Origin: Macrostomum lignano
Taxonomy: Eukaryota
NCBI GenBank assembly: GCA_002269645.1
Contig: NIVC01002497.1
Location: 1-64,000 of the forward strand
DNA length: 64,000 nt
Direction: 5' to 3'
Position numbers and translations under genes: made by a program. Every line of letters begins with the position of its first letter. Position 1 is the first letter of the stretch. Positions 13,356-23,994 of this stretch are shown here, piece by piece. A model generated the notes under the pieces. It had not been told where the DNA came from, ran no database searches, and saw nothing but the letters and a program-made list of their open reading frames with translations.

Positions 13356-13865
13356 GAAGATCAAACTAAGGTGTCCAAATTAGGAATCATACATGATCTA
13401 AAAGGAATCCGAAACGACTCAAAAGTCGATGATTGGTCATTTGTCATGGCTTTAAAAAGCTCATATTACGTCTTTAAAAAATTCAATTTAGTTGGGTGAA
13501 ACTTTTTTAATATAAAATTAAAAGTTTAAAAGTGAATAAAAAACATACATCGTTGATAATTGCCATGTACTGGGTAATATTTATTAAGTACTTAGTCTCG
13601 GTCGTACAGCAGCACCAATAGTTTGTTATAAGCATCATAAATATAAACATTGATATAAAATTCAAAACACAGGAAGCATCGATGGAAATATGGAAGTTCA
13701 AACCGAAGGAAGCACCAGTTTATCTCACATTATGCTCATAATTCGCTATCAACCTACTTTTTGCTTCAGTAGTAAGCAGTATAAGTAAGCTTTAATTTCT
13801 AAGTAGATGACGAGGCAATCATATCAGCATAGTTACTCGGGCTGTTTACCCACCCGAAAAAGCCC

Positions 13866-14744
13866 CTAAGCCGCTCCGGAGCAGATGACCTGATAGATGA
13901 GGCCGAACTCGCGCTCCTGCACAGCTGCCCGGCACTGGGCCACCACCTGAGCCCGGTAGCGGCCGGTGCGCAGCGCGGCGCCCTGCTGAATCACCAGGCC
14001 CACCTGTTTGAGCGCGCCAACCAGGGAGGCGTGCGCGTCGGCTCTGGCGCGGTGCGAGGCCACCAGGCCGCGGTTGACGCGCAGCAGGTCGGCGTAAGCC
14101 TGCCGCGTGTTGGCCATGTCGCCCAGCAGTCGGGAGTCCTCGGCCCGCACCGCCAAGCTGCGCACCAGGCCGGAGCTGTCCGCCTGATCGGCCGCCAAGC
14201 GCGCCTGTCCAGCCTCGAGCTGTCGGACGCGGCTGGCCAGGCCGTCCAGCTGCTCGGACAGGCCGGGGAAGCTGGCCTCGCTGGCCAGATCGTCCAGACC
14301 GAGGAAATCCGCCAACGATGCGACAACTTCGGCGGCCAATTCGAGCGAGTCAACGCCGACTGTGGCCATCGGCTCGGCGGCGGGTGAGCGAGTTTCGATG
14401 CTCAGCAGGCGGCCAGTGCGGACGCAGCGGAAGCGGAACGAGCCGCTCTCGGCCGCCGCGGTGGCCTTCGACGGCAGCAGGAAGCTGTTGTTGATCCACA
14501 TGGCCAGCCGCTGAGGCCGCTCGGCCAGGCGGAACCGGACCCAGCCGGCCGGGGCTTCGGCCGCACTCGCCGCCTCATCCGCGGTGCCCAGCCAGGCGAA
14601 TGTGGCGAAGCGGGGCAGCAGGCGGGAGGCCTCGAATACGTGGAACTGAGCCACGCTGCCGCGCTGTCCGACCAGGCATTTCAGGTGCAAATCCACCGCT
14701 GCGTTGCGGCTGGGCCGGATAACCAGGGCGAGCTGGCTGCTCAC
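13866..14744 (-). CDS. BBS2: BBS2 exon 4 (terminal)
   Basis: Acceptor CCGGCAG, reads VSSQLALVIRP...ICSGAA, stop TAG. Confidence 0.95.
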   Translation of the reverse strand: MSSQLALVIRPSRNAAVDLHLKCLVGQRGSVAQFHVFEASRLLPRFATFAWLGTADEAASAAEAPAGWVRFRLAERPQRLAMWINNSFLLPSKATAAAESGSFRFRCVRTGRLLSIETRSPAAEPMATVGVDSLELAAEVVASLADFLGLDDLASEASFPGLSEQLDGLASRVRQLEAGQARLAADQADSSGLVRSLAVRAEDSRLLGDMANTRQAYADLLRVNRGLVASHRARADAHASLVGALKQVGLVIQQGAALRTGRYRAQVVAQCRAAVQEREFGLIYQVICSGAA

Positions 14745-17700
14745 CTGCCGGTTTTAGGGGGCAAGCTGGATTAGACCGCACACAATATGCCTCATCCTCC
14801 TCACCTCGGATCTCCCTCACCCCGGATGTCCATCACCCCGGATGTCCCTCAACCCGGATCTCCATCACCCCGGATGTCCATCACCCCGGATGTCCCTCAA
14901 CCCGGATCTCCATCACCCCGGATCTCTACCACCCCGGATCTCCATCACCCCGGATTTGCTTCACCCGGATGTCCATCACCCCGGATCTCCATCACCCCGG
15001 ATTTCCTTCACCTCGGATGTCCATCACCCCGGATGCCCCTCACCCCGGATTTCCTTCACCCCGGATGTCCCTCACCCCGGATCTCCCTCACCCCGGATCT
15101 GCTTCATCCCAAGACAGCCGCTCAAACGCCTACCTGATTGGCGGGCGGGTGCGCCACAAGCGATTCGCCTTCTTCGAAGAGGCCCTCAGCAAAGACGGCC
15201 AGCGCCCTGACCACGGTTTCGTTGGAAGTCGAAACGCTCAGCACCACTGCGTCGGCTTCAACGCTGAGGCTGCTGCTGAGCTGCGTATTGGCTGGTATCA
15301 CCGACGCTTCGGCACCAGCTGTTCCCATGGCAACGCGCAGAGTGCCTTCGAAGTTGACACCCGAGCCAATCCTACGCATGCCGTCGCCGCCATCGCTGCC
15401 GTCGCCGCCTGCCCCTCCCCGCTTCTTCTGATCAGCGTAGTTGCGCAGCTCCAGGCCCAGGCTCTGCTTGTACTGCATCAGCGAGCGCATCGAGCCCGGC
15501 GCGTCTTCCCCCAGGGTGGCGCGAAGCAGCGACGCGGCCAGGTGCTGCGGCACCGCGTCGAATGCCCGCAAGTCGCCCTCAACGCCGACAATAGTGAGGA
15601 GAGGCGGTCGGCCGTCGCCGCGAAGATCGGCCACGGCCAATCCGGCCACGGGACTCGGACCCTGGTCCTGCGGTTCACAGAGGGCGTTTCCATTTTTCTA
15701 GGATAGCTAGTTATTCTATTCTATTACCTTGCTTACTTCGATCACGGAAGTTCATGCATAGACACAACCGGAAGTGCATGCATAGATACAAGCGGAAGTG
15801 CATGCATAGACACAACTGGAAGTGCATGAATAGACACAACCGGAAGTGCATGCATAGACACAACTGGAAGTGCATGCATAGACACAACTGGAAGTGCATG
15901 CATAGACACAACCGGAAGTGCATGCATAGACACAACCGGAAGTGCATGCATAGACACAACTGGAAGTGCATGCATAGACACAGCCGGAAGTGCATGCATA
16001 GACACAACTGGAAGTGCATGCATAGACACAACTGGAAGTGCATGCATAGACACAACTGGAAGTGCATGCATAGACACAACCGGAAGTGCATACATAGACA
16101 CAACCGGAAGTGCATGCATAGACACAACTGGAAGTGCATGCATAGACACAACTGGAAGTGCATGCATAGACACAACTGGAAGTGCATGCATAGACACAAC
16201 TGGAAGTGCATGCATAGACACAACTGGAAGTGCATGCATAGACACAACTGGAAGTGCATGCATAGACACTACCGGAAGTGCATGCATAGACACAACTGGA
16301 AGTGCATGCATAGACACAACCGGAAGTGCATGCATAGACACAACCGGAAGTGCATGCATAGACACAGCCGGAAGTGCATGCATAGACACAGCCGGAAGTG
16401 CATGCATAGACACAACCGGAAGCGTTTGCGGCAGCAAAACCGGAAATGAAAATGCCCAACGCTCACCCTGAACACAACTTCGCCAGTGGCCACCCGGCGG
16501 GCGTCGACTTTGCCGCCGCTCCAGCCCACCAGCAGTTCAACCTGGCCGTCGCTGTCCAAATCGAAGGCGGCCAACGCCACTGGCCGGTGTTTGGACTTGA
16601 TCCGCCACAGCCGCTTGGAGCGCTCGTACACCCCAACGGTGCCGTTGGCCAGGGCGTAGGCGAACCTGGGCGAGTCGGGCAGCGCCAGCAGAGCCACAGG
16701 CGAGTCGGTCTCAGTGAATTCGCGCGCGATCGCGTCGTCGCGAAACAGACGAAGCTCGAAATCTTCGCTGCCAACTAGCAGTAGTTCGCCGGCCTCGTCG
16801 CCGAGGAATTTTCCAGCAGTCATGGAGGTGACGCGGTCGCCAGTGACGCTCCAGTAGGCCTCGGCACCGCTGGAATCGAAGCCAAGCAGGGTGCAGTTGC
16901 CACCGGCGATGGCCACTCGGCGAGTTTTTCCCTGCTTCTGCTGCTGCTGTCTGCCGGGCTCGCCACCGCCGCTGCCGTCTCCCGATTGGCTGACGACTAC
17001 GGCGAAAGCGCCGTCAGGCACGGGACGGTTGAACAGGTCCGCATTCCTGTTGAACAGGAGAGGGGGGCAGTCAAGACAGTCAGCAAATACAGGTGAGACA
17101 GTCGGCAAATACAGGTGAGACAGTCGGCAAATACAGGTGAGACAGTCAGCAAATACAGGTGAGACAGTCAGCAAATACAGGTGAGACAGTCAGCAAATAC
17201 AGGTGAGACAGTCGGCAAATACAGGTGAGACAGTCAGCAAATACAGGTGAGACAGTCAGCAAATACAGGTGAGACAGTCAGCAAATACAGGTGAGACAGT
17301 CGGCAAATGCAGGTGAGACAGTCAGCAGATACAGGTGAGACAGTCAGCAAATACAGGTGAGACAGTCGGCAAATACAGTCAAGACAGTCGGCAAATACAG
17401 GTGAGACAGTCGGCAAATACAGGTGAGACAGTCAGCAAATTCAGGTTAGACAGTCGGCAAATACAGGTGAGACAGTCAGCAAATTCAGGTGAGACAGTCG
17501 GCAAATACAGGTGAGACAGTCAGCAAATACAGGTGAGACAGTCAGCAAATACAGGTGAGACAGTCAGCAGATACAGGTGAGACAGTCAGCAAATACAGGT
17601 GAGACAGTCAGCAAATACAGGTGAGACAGTCGGCAAATACAGGTGAGACAGTCAGCAAATACAGGTGAGACAGTCGGCAAATACAGTCAAGACAGTCGGC

Positions 17701-18411
17701 AAATACAGTCAAGACAGTCGGCAAATACAGTCAAGACAGTCGGCAAATACAGTTAAGACAGTCGGCAAATACAGTCAAGACAGTCAGCAAATACAGGTGA
17801 GACAGTCAGCAAATACAGGTGAGACAGTCAGCAAATACAGGTGAGACAGTCAGCAAATACAGGTGAGACAGTCAGCAAATACAGGTGAGACAGTCAGCAA
17901 ATACAGGTGAGACAGTCAGCAAATACAGGTGAGACGGTCAGCAGATACAGTCAAGACAGTAAAAAAGTACAAGTTTTTTTAATTTGAAAAAACTGCGAGC
18001 TAAAAACGATATTTTTACAGTGAACCAAACAGGTTTCAACGCTAACTTTATACTTAGAAGAGAAGAGTAATCAAGTTCTTTTTCCCAGCTTACTCACCTG
18101 TGCACGTCGTACACCAGCATGTCAGTTGCCGTGCCAATCACTAGAGCGTCACGTGACGCCGAATCGAGCAGCCGGCCGGCGCACATCGATAGCACCGGCT
18201 GCTCCATATTCAAAATCTGCACCGGCAGGCCGGTGTCTGTTTCCATGGCAACTGGGCCAGACTGCTGCTGCCCGGGACTGAGCAGCATCAGCTTGCCGGA
18301 GTTGGCGGCGCACACGAGAGTGTCGGAGCGGCCATCGAATCGGCCGACAGCCACCAGGCCGGGCAGCACTGGCTGGGGCAGGCGGCCCTGATAGGCTGGA
18401 ACCAGAGCCAT
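13866..18411 (-). CDS. BBS2: Bardet-Biedl syndrome 2 protein (BBSome subunit), 4 exons, 768 aa
   Basis: complement(join 18411-18098, 17046-16467, 15667-15134, 14744-13866) is 2307 nt, open, all GT-AG. It matches BBS2 motifs GGNCTLLGFD, WSVTGDRV, LLVGSEDFELRLF, YALANGTVGVY, WRIKSK, GWSGGKVDAR, VIPANTQL, VFAEGLF, VDLHLK and QFHVFE. Confidence 0.97.
14790..15110. repeat. 16-nt minisatellite (CATCACCCCGGATCTC) filling BBS2 intron 3
   Basis: About 20 variable copies between the splice sites. Confidence 0.92.
15134..15667 (-). CDS. BBS2: BBS2 exon 3
   Basis: Acceptor AACCGCAG, reads DQGPSPVAGLAVADLRGDG...HPPANQ, donor GTAGGC. Confidence 0.93.
15321..15334. promoter_or_regulatory. RFX X-box GTTCCCATGGCAAC inside BBS2 exon 3
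   Basis: Exact match to GTTNCCATGGNAAC, encoding VAMGT in a non-conserved insertion. Function is inferred. Confidence 0.6.
15748..16425. repeat. 24-nt minisatellite (GGAAGTGCATGCATAGACACAACT) filling BBS2 intron 2
   Basis: About 28 copies. Confidence 0.97.
16467..17046 (-). CDS. BBS2: BBS2 exon 2
   Basis: Acceptor TTCAACAG, reads NADLFNRPVPDG...EVVFR, donor GTGAGC. Confidence 0.95.
17068..17960. repeat. 22-nt minisatellite (ACAGGTGAGACAGTCAGCAAAT) filling BBS2 intron 1
   Basis: About 40 copies, ending about 20 nt from the 3' splice site. Confidence 0.97.
18098..18411 (-). CDS. BBS2: BBS2 exon 1
   Basis: ATG at 18411, donor AG|GTGAGT, phase 2. Confidence 0.93.
18239..18252. promoter_or_regulatory. 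RFX X-box GTTTCCATGGCAAC inside BBS2 exon 1
   Basis: Exact match to GTTNCCATGGNAAC, about 160 nt downstream of the ATG, encoding VAMET. BBS genes are established RFX targets. Confidence 0.65.
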
Positions 18412-19959
18412 GCTGCTGCTGCTGCTGCTAGCTCGGCCAATAGAGCATGCAAGTCATTTAGATGAAATGGAAGAGCATCTATTTTATTAGTATTAATATT
18501 ATTATTAGTTGTGTTGTTATTTTTGTTGCTAAAAAAATCAAAGCAACCTTCTTTTTACTTTAATAGAAAGTCAGTTAATAATTTAACACTGATTTAATGG
18601 CTTAAACTTTTAGATATAACTTTGCCAAATAAAAAATCTACATTTGCTTCTAGTTAAATAAACTATACCAAGAAAATGTTCCTTATGATAGAATAAATTC
18701 CTAGACATGCATTCCATAGATAGTACTAAACTTCTTGTAAAATTGTTAGAATTGTTTTTCCTTATTGGACTTTACTCGAAAGAAACAGTTAAATAAAATA
18801 AACGAATTTTATAGTTAATCAAATACAAATACAATATTGCTGCATTTAGGGTCATTTTAGCCTTTTTCATATACATGGTTACTAAATCACTGAGGGTGTT
18901 GTATGCATGATTTTATTGAATTAATTAGTGCTTCTAGACTTTCAAAAACAATGTCTTGCATAGGTTGGTCTATACCAGCATAATTAAATGATGAATCAAT
19001 ATAACTTTTTGTGATTCAGGCATTAATTTAATTAGATATAATGAAAATTTACCAAAAAATGAGAAATTTACAAACTCATCTGCCCTAAAAATACATTGCT
19101 TTTATCAAGTATTAGTTGTAATGTTGCAGCAAGCAGCAACAAAAGAAAATTTAATTTTATTTAATTTATTCTTATTTAATTTCTTATTTAATTTCTAATG
19201 GTTTCGAACATTTCTGGTTATTAAATAGCTGCTGGTTATACTAATTTGTGTTGGTTTTAGCAACATCGTTAACTTAAATAAATAAATAATTGGTATATAA
19301 AATAATAAACTAAAAAACCAGAAATAGAATTAATCTGTGAAAAACTGCTGCCATTCAAGGAGGCTGAAAGGGAATAATTTTTACGGAAAAGGAAATACAG
19401 CAATTGCGGTGAAGTATAGGGATGTTGTATGTTGGTAACCATGCAGATAAAACTTTAATTGTTGTTTTAGCGAAATTTACCAATGCAATCTAATGTTAGA
19501 CTATTTTGAGAACTTAAGACTCTTTAAAGTGTTCAACACGATAATTTAAAAAACAATTTTGACCAGTTGCCAGGTTTCCAAGTTAGCAAGTAGCTTCTTT
19601 AAATTATTTTGTCCCGTATCGGCCTATAAAAATGAACTGAATTTTTTCATTTGAATTTCAATACGACGCTGTTTAAATTTCAAGTATTTAAACAAAATCT
19701 AGAGCGTCCTTTTATTTACGGATAATTCATATCGCTAGTAATTCTCTTAACTTTTAGAAATTTTAGTAGCATATTAAACAAGGAAAGTCGATAACCACAT
19801 GAGTAGTAAATATATCTGTGCTGATTTACAGACTGTACATGTATTTGCATGGTTACTGGATGGATGGATTAATCAACGCGCGCTATTACGCGTATATGTA
19901 CATGTTAGAAGATAAACTTACTTATATATGTAGTCACAATACAGACTGTGAGAAGGGGT

Positions 19960-20319
19960 GGGGGCCGTAGCCCAGCGGTAGCGCAGCTGCTCTGGTGTGC
20001 CAGCGACCCAGGCTCGATTCCAAGTGCAGTCACATTAATTTGGGGCTGAATTGGAATCTCGGCTTGGCTCTGCTCGTGCAATTAACGGCCTTGAGAGCCA
20101 ACCTCTCAAGGCGCAGTGAAGTGTACATGCCTAACGATAATATAAAGTTAGGGCCGCTGTACACTCCTGTGTGAGTGTGTGCCTGCGTACGTATCCGCGC
20201 GCTTGTATGCCTGCTCAGGGGAGTCGGCGGAATGGGCAGTAATGCCTCTCGCCGGTTGTGTGCCCATGTCGCTTAAAGTGCGCCAGGGTGCACACAACCC
20301 CCTGCCTCTAAAAAAAAAA
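19960..20319 (+). mobile_element. Full-length tRNA-derived SINE (family A) with poly(A) tail and 12-bp TSD
   Basis: A box TAGCCCAGCGG (19968), B box GGCTCGATTCC (20011), terminal A run, and TSD GTGAGAAGGGGT at 19948-19959 and 20320-20331. Confidence 0.9.
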
Positions 20320-21029
20320 GTGAGAAGGGGTAGCACGAGTTAAGGTGCTGCTATTTACATGTAGGTCGTCCTTGTTGAATTGCATGGTGTGACGCGAGTA
20401 AAATACATGTACAGTGTCAGGGGAATAAAATCAAGCTAGGGACACATGTCGCTGTCAGTGCCAGTTTAGGAGGTACATTTAGGAAAGTGTATTATGCGAT
20501 GGACATGTACAGAACTCGATCAGAACGCACTTCAGGCATCATCCATCTCTGAACAGTGTCAAAATTAAAGGCTGTCTGAGCACCACGCACAGCAACGGCC
20601 GTAGTGTAAATATGCATGCGCCGAACGGAAGGATGAAGTGATGAGATAGCGCTTTGCTAGAAACTTGAGGCACCTCGCGCATACAGTTAATTTCCTCGCC
20701 TCCTCTACATGTACATACATGGACAAGCACTAAATATATGCTCCGAATCAGCCATGCGTCTCGAAGTTACAGCCCGATGACATTGACAAGGGCGTTTTAC
20801 AAGCACGAAATTTCACATCGTCGAAAGAGATGATGAGATACTTTTACAAGCTCGAAATTTCATAATTGCTCGAAACTTTATTTAGGTTGAAACTTTACAA
20901 TCTCGAACTTCATAAGCAAGAAAATTCACATCGTCGAAAGGTCTTGCAGGTCACTTTCATAAGCTCATTCTTCACCTATGTACGAGTAAGCAGGAGAGCT
21001 GTTTCGGCCATTTGCTTCGGCAACCATTG

Positions 21030-21334
21030 GCGGCCTGCTGCATTCTTTAAGATGACTATTACGCTGCGCCGCACACCGCGTGCAGCTGCTGAGGAGAATG
21101 CAGCTCGGCATTCGCACATTAAAAAGGCTGTCAAAAGCTTTCTCTCCAGACATGAGCCCCATCGAGCATGTCTGGGAGTTTGTAAAGCGAAGAGCTCAGC
21201 AGGATACCCCGCAGAATGCCGAACAGTTGCGACAGGCGGTTGCGCATCGCTGGCAGCAGCTGCCCCAAGAGTTCATCAACCGGCTGGTGATCAGCAGGAG
21301 GCCACGACAAATGAACTTTGGCATGCTTGCGTAG
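21030..21334 (+). mobile_element. Tc1/mariner transposase remnant (DDE C-terminal part)
   Basis: IL*DDYYAAPHTA (cf. QDNAPxHTA) is followed, after a frame change, by SPDMSPIEHVWEFVKRR...LRQAVAHRWQQLPQEFINRLV, the Tc1 SPDLNPIE block. No TIRs resolved. Confidence 0.85.
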
Positions 21335-21614
21335 TTCCTGAACTCGATGCTGAAGCTAGCATTAAATACATTGCTTCACTTTTGTGCCACGTAACAGCAT
21401 GAGTTAAGTTCTCAACTGTGCACCACCAGCAGTGACAACTGCCAGTTGAGGCATGCCTTGCTTCATTAAGAATTCGATAGTGCATCGTATTAGCTATGCG
21501 ATCAGTTTTTGGGACCGGAAAATTCGCGAGCGATAAACAAGCTTTTTAATGAATTTTTATGATATTTCACTGGCTCCTCAATGCAAAAAAGTTGAAGTGG
21601 TTTTTTGCTAGCAT

Positions 21615-21935
21615 ATGGCTCCTCAATGCACCTGGAAATCTGCACGACTCCTCAATGCACCTGCAAATCTGCATGGCTCCTCAATGCACCTGCAAATCTG
21701 CATGGCTCCTCAATGCACCTGCAAATCTGCATGGCTCCTCAATGCACCTGCAAATCTGCATGGCTCCTCAATGCACCTGCAAATCTGCATGGCTCCTCAA
21801 TGCACCTGCAAATCTGCATGGCTCCTCAATGCACCTGCAAATCTGCACGACTCCTCAATGCACCTGCAAATCTGCATGGCTTCTCAATGCACCTGCAAAT
21901 CTGCATGGCTCCTCAATGCACCTGCAAATCTGGCT
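21615..21935. repeat. 29-nt minisatellite (CTCCTCAATGCACCTGCAAATCTGCATGG)
   Basis: About 11 copies. Confidence 0.95.
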
Positions 21936-23951
21936 CATCAATTGATGAGCAAATCTAACTCAAAGCTCAATCCACCCTGAAAGCAAAGTCCTAATTTCTT
22001 AATTAATTCTTCTGCAAAGCTTAAACTATTGTATGAACGTTTTTATACCGTAGTTCTACCGGTATTTTATTTATATTTATAGCCAACGCTAATCATCGTT
22101 TGTTTAAAATGGTTTTTTGCACGCATGATATAACACCTTAAACAACTGCATTGGATCGTTGTTACATCACGCAGTTCCTTGACGCACTTGTGTCCATCGT
22201 ATTTAAATACACATGCGCACTAGCTTATTGTGCGCCCCAGCTCGTAGCCGAAAAAAATTCAAGAAAAAATGCTGCTCATTTTTCCTCACGCACTACTCAC
22301 AGCAAACCAGTAGACAAATCGGCATTTTGCTATCTGGCCGCCAGCCGACGCCAAAAACATTTCTCCGCCTCGGCATCCCGCACTCTGCCCTGCACGGCAG
22401 CCCCTCTACATGGATGGGACGCCCGACCGGCTCGAGCCCAGTTGCTGGGGTGACACACCCTGATCGCTGCTTTGCCTCATCCACGCCCAAAGCAGAAAAT
22501 GGGGAGGGGAAAGCAACGAGGAGAGGAGACGGAAGAGAGCTGGGGGAGGAGGGGAGAGGAGAGAAGGAAGAGGAACACGAGTGGGACGGGAGCGGAGGCC
22601 GGCGATACGAAGCGCCGATCCCGAGCATTGGGGCGACCTGCACTTTTGCGCATTGATCGCATTCCACGCCACCACCAACCCCCGCTCCGGCTGCTGCCCA
22701 CCTTCTCGCTCCCGCCACTCCACTCTCCCTCTCCCCTTACTCTCCTATCCTACCCCTCGCATTCTCTTCTATTGCCAAAGCAGTGCATCGCGCGGGTACA
22801 GATAGCGCAGTTATCCCTCACTATACTGCGCATTTGAATTTCTTTCCCTTCTTTTTTCTCCCTTCTATCTCCTGTCTCTCCTCAGCTTAGCCATCGTGCA
22901 GGGCTGCTGCCTACCAGCGAGAACACTGCATGCAACTATGTGAACATTTAGAGAGGCCTTTTTTATGGCACCCCCATCCTTAGATCGGCAATGATGATGA
23001 ACGAACAGGTTCCATGAATACGCTAGCTAGTTCGGTAGTGCAGTGGGTAAGCGCGGTGCAGCAGCATTACGAAGAAGTCCCTGTCCCCAATAACTAGCCA
23101 GACAGTTTCGTAATTGCCTAATATAGGTGTGAGAATATGCAGCACCCGAGACAGCAACTTGGAGCGCTGCCAAACAGTGTCATTGAGTACAGGGTTAGCA
23201 CTTTGAGCACCTGATAGCTAATTTTGTTAGCTCAATGGCAATATTATATAAATCCTACATGGGAGCAAAAACACGATGGACTATGGAAACTTATTTCTAA
23301 GCAAAGAAATGCTGCGTCTTGAATCGCGCCAGAAACGCCCCAGAACTATAAAATAAAACTAACTATATATAGTGTAAATTTACGCAGCAAAATTGACAAA
23401 ATTCAGCATTCACGCTATGGCAAGATTAACTGCAAAACAGGGCCGGCGGCCTGCCTCCGCCGCAGCTCCCATCATGTGTGCCAGAGCTAAAGCTGCATTG
23501 ATGGCTTGCTGCTGCACAGACATACATACAGACGCAACTGCGAACGGGTCTGATATACAAACTATTGCAATACTTCTATGCGTATATACAGGCATTATTG
23601 TTGGGCTGCTGGGCAGTTGCGCGCATATCTGCGCATTCCACCAGATAAAGAGGCTGTTTGGGGGGGGGGGGAGAGCACTTGGAAACCATGGCATGTATAG
23701 GAGGCATGGTACAGGTTTCTGCCTGCCACACAGCCTTGCCAAGTAGGAGAGGCATGCAGCTTCAGTGCAGATGGGAGAGGCAGATTAGACAAAGGAAAAA
23801 ACGGTAAAAAAGGGACTCAATGCAAACTGCTGCTCATCTGCTCGAGTCGGGCCACGCAAAACTGGGCTCCGCCTTTCTTATTTGTCTTCTTCCTTTGTTT
23901 TTTCTGCTTCAAGCCAACGAACGGGCCAGCAAGCAGTTTTGCGAATTCACT

Positions 23952-23994
<43 letters not shown>

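Noticed and set aside
15711-16459. Repetitive ORFs (MHFQLCLC, NEDLGGGR, SIYL, CTLTSCSAH and similar across the window) as repeat proteins
   Set aside because: They are stop-free translations of minisatellites lying inside introns defined by conserved flanking exons.
23030-23100. A-box-like TAGTGCAGTGG
   Set aside because: There is no matching B box, tail or TSD.
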